Of a stretch of DNA of 64,000 nucleotides, positions 57,595 to 64,000 are shown one piece after another (the stretch's first letter is position 1; each line of letters starts with the position of its first letter). A program made the position numbers and the translations under genes. Under the pieces are notes generated by a model. That model was not told where the DNA came from. It searched no databases and worked only from the letters and a program-made list of their open reading frames with translations. This DNA comes from an uncultured Candidatus Rokubacteria bacterium (lineage in GTDB: Bacteria; Methylomirabilota; Methylomirabilia; Rokubacteriales; CSP1-6), in NCBI GenBank assembly GCA_963754315.1, contig CAVWFS010000018.1:32001-96000 (forward strand). The letters run 5' to 3'.

Positions 57595-58815
57595 CTAGCG
57601 AAGGCGCGGTCCGGGGTCCATCCCCAGGTAAACCCGGCCGCCAATCGGGTACCACTCTGGCGCGATGGTGACCGTCTGGCCGACGACGTGGAGGTCGCGC
57701 CAGCACTCGGCCAGGCGGCTCTCGCGCTCGAACGACGTGCTGCCACCGTGTCGGTACATCAGGTCCATCGCCTCGCGCGCGCTGTCGGCGGCGTAGACTG
57801 CGGCCAGCCGGCAGCGAGCGCGCTGCTCGAGGGTGGTCTCTTCGCCGGCCGCGACAATGTTCCAGAGCTCCGCGATCGTGGCGCTGCGGTAGACGCGGCC
57901 GGCGTTCAGGATCGCGTCGGCTCGACCGACCGCGTCCTGAACCTGCGGATTCTCGCAGAGCAGACCGGTTCGGCCTCGCGGCGTCTTCCCCCCGGCTAGC
58001 TCGATCAGCGCGTCGATGCCGGCCCGAGCGATTCCGGTGATCACGGCGCTATGATGGGGCCCGACCCAGGCCTGGGCGGGCAAGGCGTAGGGGATTCCCG
58101 GCCAGCGCTTCCACTGATTGTCCAGGGGGACGCCGGCGTGGACCATCGTCCGCCGCTGGGGCAGGAAGACGTCCTCGACCGTCCAGTCGAAGCTGCCGGT
58201 CGCGCGCATTCCGGTCACGTCCCAGCTCCCATCCACGACCTGCGTTTCGGAGCGCGGAAAGACCCCCCGCCAGTAGGCCGAGCTACCGTCCGGGCTGCGG
58301 CGCGGCTGGTCACCGTCGAGGATCTGGAAGCTGCCCAGCATCCAGGAGCTCTCCTGACAGCCGCTGCCGAAACGCCAGCGACCGGTGACTCGGTAGCCCC
58401 CATCGACCGGCACGGCGCGCCCGCCCCCCTGCACGGCAGTACCGGCGATGACGGTGTCGGCCGCATGCTCGAAGATCTCGTGGACACCCTCGTCCGGCAA
58501 CCCGAGCGTGACGAGCTGGACGATGCTGTTGTTTGCGAGATTCCAGCCAACCGAACCGGCCGCCTCCGACAGCAGTTCCACGACGCGCAGGTACGTGAGC
58601 GGGTCGACCTGCAGGCCACCCAGCGCACGCGGGATCACCAGGCTGTAGAAGCCGGCCGCGTGAAACTGCTCGACCAGCGCTTTCGGCAGCCGCTGCTCGC
58701 GCTCGATCTCCTCGCGATAGCCACGGATGGCCGGCCGCATGGCGAGGGCCGCCTGGACCGGGGGGTGAGCGTCGATATTGGCCGGTAAACGCGTGTCCTC
58801 GATGACCCGCTGCAT
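57595..58815 (-). CDS. Acyl-CoA dehydrogenase-fold flavin monooxygenase oxygenase (HsaA-like)
   Basis: GSVGWN, VTGRWRFGSG, WDVTGMRATGS, CWRDLH. Confidence 0.88.
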   Translation of the reverse strand: MQRVIEDTRLPANIDAHPPVQAALAMRPAIRGYREEIEREQRLPKALVEQFHAAGFYSLVIPRALGGLQVDPLTYLRVVELLSEAAGSVGWNLANNSIVQLVTLGLPDEGVHEIFEHAADTVIAGTAVQGGGRAVPVDGGYRVTGRWRFGSGCQESSWMLGSFQILDGDQPRRSPDGSSAYWRGVFPRSETQVVDGSWDVTGMRATGSFDWTVEDVFLPQRRTMVHAGVPLDNQWKRWPGIPYALPAQAWVGPHHSAVITGIARAGIDALIELAGGKTPRGRTGLLCENPQVQDAVGRADAILNAGRVYRSATIAELWNIVAAGEETTLEQRARCRLAAVYAADSAREAMDLMYRHGGSTSFERESRLAECWRDLHVVGQTVTIAPEWYPIGGRVYLGMDPGPRLR

Positions 58816-58984
58816 GGGATGTCCTCTCAGATCGGCGGAATTTCTGGCGCGTTCGCCCGCGGGCCTGGTCCCAACGCTCACCTCGCTTCGCCCGAGTCTT
58901 GCAGCTTGAGCGGATGTTCCGCTGGCGAAGCCGGGGTGTCAAGGGGCTGACCAGTGGTAACGTTGAGATGGGAGGAACCTTCTC

Positions 58985-60229
58985 ATGCCGCGCCTGAGCT
59001 TTGGAGCTTTTCTCGCCCCGCACCACCCCATCGGTGAGCACCCGATGTTGCAGTTCCGCCGCGATCTCGACCTCGTCGAGCTTCTGGACAAGCTCGGGTA
59101 CGACGAATTCTGGTGCGGCGAGCACCATTCCAGCGGCTGGGAGACGATAGGGTCGCCCGAGATGTTCCTGGCCGCGGCAGGCGAGCGATCGAAGCGCATC
59201 AAGCTCGCAACGGGGGTTGTGTCCCTCCCCTATCACCATCCGTTCAACGTGGCGCAACGGATAGTCCAGCTCGATTACATGACCGGCGGCCGGGTGATCT
59301 TCGGCACCGGGCCGGGCGCACTCGCGTCGGACGCCCACACGCTTGGCATTGATCCGATGCTGCTCCGCGACCGCCAGGACGAGGCCATCGGCATCATCCG
59401 CCGCCTCTTCCGCGGCGAGCGGTTGACCGTCAAATCCGAGTGGTTCACGTTGCAGGACGCTGCCCTCCAACTGTTGCCGCTGCAGGAGGACATGCCCTTC
59501 GCCGTCGCCTCCCAGATTAGTCCCTCGGGCATGACCTTGGCCGGCAAGCACGGGATCGGCGTCATCTCGATCGGGTCGCTCTCGGAGGAAGGCCTGAATG
59601 CCCTGCCGACGCAATGGAGCTTCGCGGAGGCCGCCGCCACCGAGCATGGCCAGACCGTCGATCGCAAGGACTGGCGGGTGCTGATGAGCTGGCACATCGC
59701 GGAAACCCGCGACAAGGCCCGTGCCGAGGCTCGCGACGGCTTGCTGCGGCATCACAACGAATACATTACCGGGACCCTGCAGCGCCCCGGCGCGCGTCCC
59801 TACAGGACTCCCGATGAAGCCGTGGACAAGACCGCCTTTGTCTCTGGCGCCGTCGCCACCATTGGGACTCCGGACGATCTCGTGGAGCGGATCAAATCGG
59901 TCCTCGACATCTCCGGCGGGTTCGGCACCGTGGTCGGCTTCGTCCACGATTGGGCAAACCCGGAGAACACGATGCGAAGCTGGGACATGGTGGCGCGCTA
60001 CGTGGTGCCCGAGATCAACGGCTATCTCGCTGGCCTGCGAAAGTCCCGCGAATTCGTGGCCACAAACCGAGAGTATTTCAACCGCGCTCGCGAGGCCGTG
60101 ATGGCGAAGATCACCGAGAACGAGGCCGCGGCCGCCGCGCTCAAGGTCACGAAGTCGCCGCTGCTGGCCGCTTCGTCTGGCAACGTGCCCGATCTGGAGG
60201 AGGCGCGCTCTCGTGTGGCGCCGCGCTGA
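58985..60229 (+). CDS. LLM-class monooxygenase (limonene monooxygenase-like)
   Basis: FGAFLAPHH, GEHHSSGWE, SLPYHHP, GPGALASD. Confidence 0.9.
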   Translation: MPRLSFGAFLAPHHPIGEHPMLQFRRDLDLVELLDKLGYDEFWCGEHHSSGWETIGSPEMFLAAAGERSKRIKLATGVVSLPYHHPFNVAQRIVQLDYMTGGRVIFGTGPGALASDAHTLGIDPMLLRDRQDEAIGIIRRLFRGERLTVKSEWFTLQDAALQLLPLQEDMPFAVASQISPSGMTLAGKHGIGVISIGSLSEEGLNALPTQWSFAEAAATEHGQTVDRKDWRVLMSWHIAETRDKARAEARDGLLRHHNEYITGTLQRPGARPYRTPDEAVDKTAFVSGAVATIGTPDDLVERIKSVLDISGGFGTVVGFVHDWANPENTMRSWDMVARYVVPEINGYLAGLRKSREFVATNREYFNRAREAVMAKITENEAAAAALKVTKSPLLAASSGNVPDLEEARSRVAPR

Positions 60230-60245
60230 CGGCCGCGCCAGGACA

Positions 60246-60707
60246 CTAGGCGGACCGGACAGCGTCCTTTCCCCAGCGTAGGCGCAGCCGAAGGCACTCG
60301 GCCTCGCGGATGCCACTGGTCAGGGTGAGGTCGTAGCCGGTGAGGCGGCAGAACGTTTCGATGGCATAGTCGCCGAGATCGACGCGCCGAAGGGCCGCGT
60401 GACGCAGGCCCAGCACCAACCGTGCGATGCCCGCCAGCTTCATGGCTCCCGCGCACATCGGACAAGGCTCCATCGTCGAGTAGATGGTGCCGCCGGCTAC
60501 TCGGTCGGCGCCGTGCGCGCGCGTGGCGGCTCGGATCGCGTCGAACTCGGCGTGCCAGGTGAGGTCGAGTTCGGTGTTCTGCCGGTTCTGGCCGACGGCG
60601 AGGACAGCTCCGTCGCGGACCAGCACGGCGGCCACCGGCCAGTCGCCGCGCGCGAGAGCCTCCTCGGCGTGTCGGAGGGCAAGGTCGAGGTAGTCGGTGT
60701 CGGTCAT
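60246..60707 (-). CDS. Zn-dependent nucleoside/nucleotide deaminase (TadA-like fold)
   Basis: HAE...STMEPCPMC; alternative GTG start at 60725. Confidence 0.9.
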   Translation of the reverse strand: MTDTDYLDLALRHAEEALARGDWPVAAVLVRDGAVLAVGQNRQNTELDLTWHAEFDAIRAATRAHGADRVAGGTIYSTMEPCPMCAGAMKLAGIARLVLGLRHAALRRVDLGDYAIETFCRLTGYDLTLTSGIREAECLRLRLRWGKDAVRSA

Positions 60708-60721
60708 GGCGAGAGTATTCG

Positions 60722-62462
60722 TCACCAGCCGATCGCGTAGCCCATCCGACGGGGATCGGCGCCGGCGGCGAGGACACCGCGCGCATGGTCGATGGTGATG
60801 GTGCAGACGCCACCCGCCTTCCAGGTCCAGTCCGGCCAGGTCACGACTGCGTGGCCCTTGCCGGCCATGGCGTCGCCGACCTCGGCCGCGAGACCACGCT
60901 CGATGCGCAGCTCATCCGGGCGGTACTCGTGCGGCTCGAACGAGCCGGGATAGCTGTAGGTGGCAAAGCGCGGCGCCTCGATGGCCGCCTGGGGCGCCAT
61001 GCCGAACACGGCGATGTTGAGGAACACCTGGAGCATGGCCTGGCATTGCACATCGCCGCCTGGCGTGCCGAGCGGCATGAACGGCTTGCCGTGCTTGAAG
61101 ACGATGGCCGGGCAGGGGGTGAGCCTCGGGCGCTTGCCGGGGGCTACCGAGCTCGCATGGCCCTCCACGACCCACGACTGCGAGCCGCGCGAGGACACGC
61201 CGAGGCCCGTGCCCGGCGTGATCGGCGCGTTGAGGCAGCCGTCGCTCGGCGTCGCGGAGAAGATGTTGCCGCGCTGATCGACGGCGCACACGTATGTCGT
61301 GTCCAGAGTTTCCACCGTCGCCGCTTGGCCCGGGATGAGGGGGCTCACGGGCGCCGCCGAGGCGTTGATGTGCCGCGGATCGCCGGCCGGCGGCATCCCG
61401 GCGTGCGCGCGGGCAGGATCGATGAGCTGCCGCCGCGCGTCGGCATAGGGTTCCGAGAGCAGGGCGCGCATCGGCACGTCGACGAACTCCGGATCGCCGT
61501 AGTAACGCTCGCGGTCGGCGAAGACGAGCTTGAGGGCCTCGGTGAGCAAGTGGACATAGGCCGGCGAGTTGTGGCCGAGCGCGGCGAGGTCATAGGGCTC
61601 GAGCAGGGTCAGCACCTGTGCCAGCACCGGCCCCTGGCACCAGGGACCGCACGTGAAGACCTCGTACTCGTGAAAGCGTGCGCGTACGGGCTCCTCGACC
61701 TGCACGTGTGAACGCCGCGAGATCGTCATAGGTCAAGAGGCCGCCCTCGGCCGCGTAGAACGCGGCGATCTCGCGCGCGATGTCGCCGCGATAGAACAGA
61801 TCGCGCGCGGCGCGGAGTCCCGCCTGCCGCCCGGAGGGCCGGGCGCCCGCCTCGGCGTCCAGCAGCCGGCGCATCGTGCGCGCGAGGTCGGGCTGCGCGA
61901 AGATCTCTCCCGGTTCGGGCAGACGGCCACCGGGCATGAGCACGGCCGCGCTCGACGGCCACCGCGTGAACTGCCCGACGGCATCGCGGAGGTTCGACGC
62001 CATGAACGGATGCATCGGGAAGCCCTCGGCGGCCAGGCGCAGCGCCTCCTCCATGACCACTTCCAGGCTCAAGGTGCCGTAGCGCTCGAGCGCGGTGATC
62101 CAGGCATCGGGCGAGCCCGGCGTGATGCAGCGCAAGACGCCGGGCGGGATCTTGCCGCCGCAATGCTCCTTGAAATAGGCGACGCTCGCCGCCTGGGGCC
62201 AGCGCCCCAGCCCGCTGATGGTCACGACGCGGTCTTCCTCGGCGAGGTAGACGATGATGGGAGCGACCCCGGCCAGGTTCACCATGTCGATGTGCAGCAC
62301 CGTGAGGCAGAGGCCGGCCGCCACCCCCGCGTCGATCGCATTGCCCCCGCGCGCGAGGATGCGCGCGCCCGCCTGCGTCGCCAGGTAGTGGCCCGAGGCC
62401 ACCATGGCGTGGGTGCCCATGATGGTCGGGCGGTATGAGCCGGAGATCGGTCGCTCACTCAT
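60722..62462 (-). CDS. ggt: Gamma-glutamyltransferase family protein, +1 frameshift near 61709
   Basis: GGNAIDA, FYRGDIA; DTT nucleophile; PGKRPR, GTPGGD, ADPRR; ATG-to-stop length is 3n+1. Confidence 0.85.
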
Positions 62463-62516
62463 CACGTCCTGCCTTTCGGGTGGTGACGGTCGTCACGAGG
62501 GGCCTCGGCCAGGCCG

Positions 62517-64000
62517 TCATGTCAGTTCGCTCGCTTGCGCCTCGGTTTCCGCCTGCTCGAGCCAGAAGCGCATGTCCATCTCGCGGTACATCGCCGTCGC
62601 GGTGGTGAGGTGCTCGCAGGCCGGCGCCCGCTTGCCGGTGCGCCGGTAGAGCTTGCCGAGACCGAGGTGGCAGTGGGCGACGAGGGGGCGCATGCCGCGC
62701 GGCTCGGCGAGGGCCAGCGCCTGGCGGTAGTGGGCCTCGCCGCGCTCGGCATCGAACCGGTCGGGATGGGTCGCGATGTCGCCGAGCAGGTGCAGCGCAT
62801 GGGCCGCGAACCCGGGTTGAGACTGATTGGCTTCGACCGCACGGTCGGCCAGGCTCCGCGCCTCGTCGAGCCGGCCGAGCAGCAGACAGGCGCGACCCAG
62901 CGACCGGTAAACCGCGCGGTTACCCGCCACGGACTCCCCTCGCGGCGAGGCGCTCGACGAGTTCCTCGCCTTCCCGGAGCCGGTTCAGCGCCTCGCTCGA
63001 CTCGCCGTGCTGCGCCAAGACCCAGGCAGAAAACGCGAGGGCACCAAGCAGGTTGACGACGTTCGCCGTCCTGAGCACCGCGATCGCGTGCTCGATCAGT
63101 GGGCGCGCCTGTGCCCAGTCGCCCCTCTGGAGGTGAAGCGAGCTCGCGGCCCCGTACGCCATGCCGACGGTGTGCGCATGCTGCGTCGCCTCCGCGAGCC
63201 CGATCATCTCGGCTTCGTACTGAGCCGCTTCGCCGAATCTGCCGAGCTGGGCCAGGCTCGAGACCAGCCAGTGGCGATCGTAAACCGATGTCGGCGCGGA
63301 GCTGCCCAACAAATTCTCGTAGACCCAGTCGGTAGGCAGGGCCTTGAGGTTCTCGGTGGCCAGCTCGATCGCCCGCTCGTAATCGCCCCGGAAGAAGTGC
63401 GCCTGCTCGAGAAAGCTCGTGGTGAGAATGCGGAGTCTCAAGTCCCCGAGGCGCCCCGCGATCTCGCAGCGCGCGGCTCCCGGAGGCAAGCGCTTCGTCC
63501 AGCTCGCCGAGTTGCGAGTGGGTGTTCGTCATGAACGCGCAGACACGGCCCCGCCGGCCGTCGTCGTTCAATCGTTCGGCGAGAACCTCTGCCTCGCGCA
63601 GGCGCGCCAGCATCAACGGGAGTTCACCGAGCCAGCTCAGCACCAGCCGCAGCTCGAGGCGGATGTCGAAAGCCTGCTCGAGCGTGGACTGGTTCTCGGG
63701 GAGCGTTTCGAGAATGCCGAGCGCCTCCTCGAACCTGGCCCGTGCCTCCGGGAGCACCGATCGCGCGGACGCTTTCAGTCCGGACTGGCGGAGATAGTGC
63801 ACCGCCTTCTCTTTCAACTCGCCTCGACGGCGTGATGGGCGAGTCGCTCGATCTGCTCGGCAAGCCGGTCGCGATAGAGCGTCTCGATCGCCTCGACGAT
63901 CCGCGCGTGCATCTCTCGTCGCCGCTCCTGCAGCACGCCGCCGTACGCGACCTCGTGGGTGAGCGCATGCTTGAAGGCGTACTCGAGGTCGGGAAACAGC
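62517..64000 (-). CDS. C-terminal part of ATPase-TPR (cyclase-AAA-TPR type) protein, three frameshifts, partial
   Basis: YAFKHALTHEVAY, LAHHA, TPR helices, GMRPLVAHCHLGLG, MDMRFW; shifts near 63826, 63467 and 62931. Confidence 0.8.

Overview
GC-rich bacterial window of about 55 tightly packed accessory and metabolic genes. I found no rRNA, tRNA, CRISPR array or intact IS. Contents: (1) transport: one sugar-type ABC set, two TRAP sets and an APC permease; (2) many SDRs, hydrolases, amidohydrolases and LLM oxidoreductases; (3) pcaHGB and a fused CoA-transferase; (4) a sulfur/C1 block of mtoX-SCO-soxC-soxD, flanked by a 2-hydroxyacyl-CoA lyase-type ThDP enzyme and an orphan CoxL-like subunit; (5) a 1,324-aa sigma54-activator/cyclase-like/ATPase/TPR protein divergent from a sigma54-type promoter with upstream TGG repeats; (6) a divergent transketolase-like protein. 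Best signals: a two-hairpin repeat found once intergenically and once in frame inside the SCO gene; the mtoX/SoxCD/HACL neighbourhood; the sigma54 module; an orphan double-glycine-type peptide; and an antitoxin whose toxin appears deleted. At least 7 single-base frameshifts in otherwise intact genes suggest long-read assembly errors. Gene style and the repeat recall Ca. Rokubacteria (Methylomirabilota); this is from memory and unverified. All family assignments are motif recognition by eye, not database searches.
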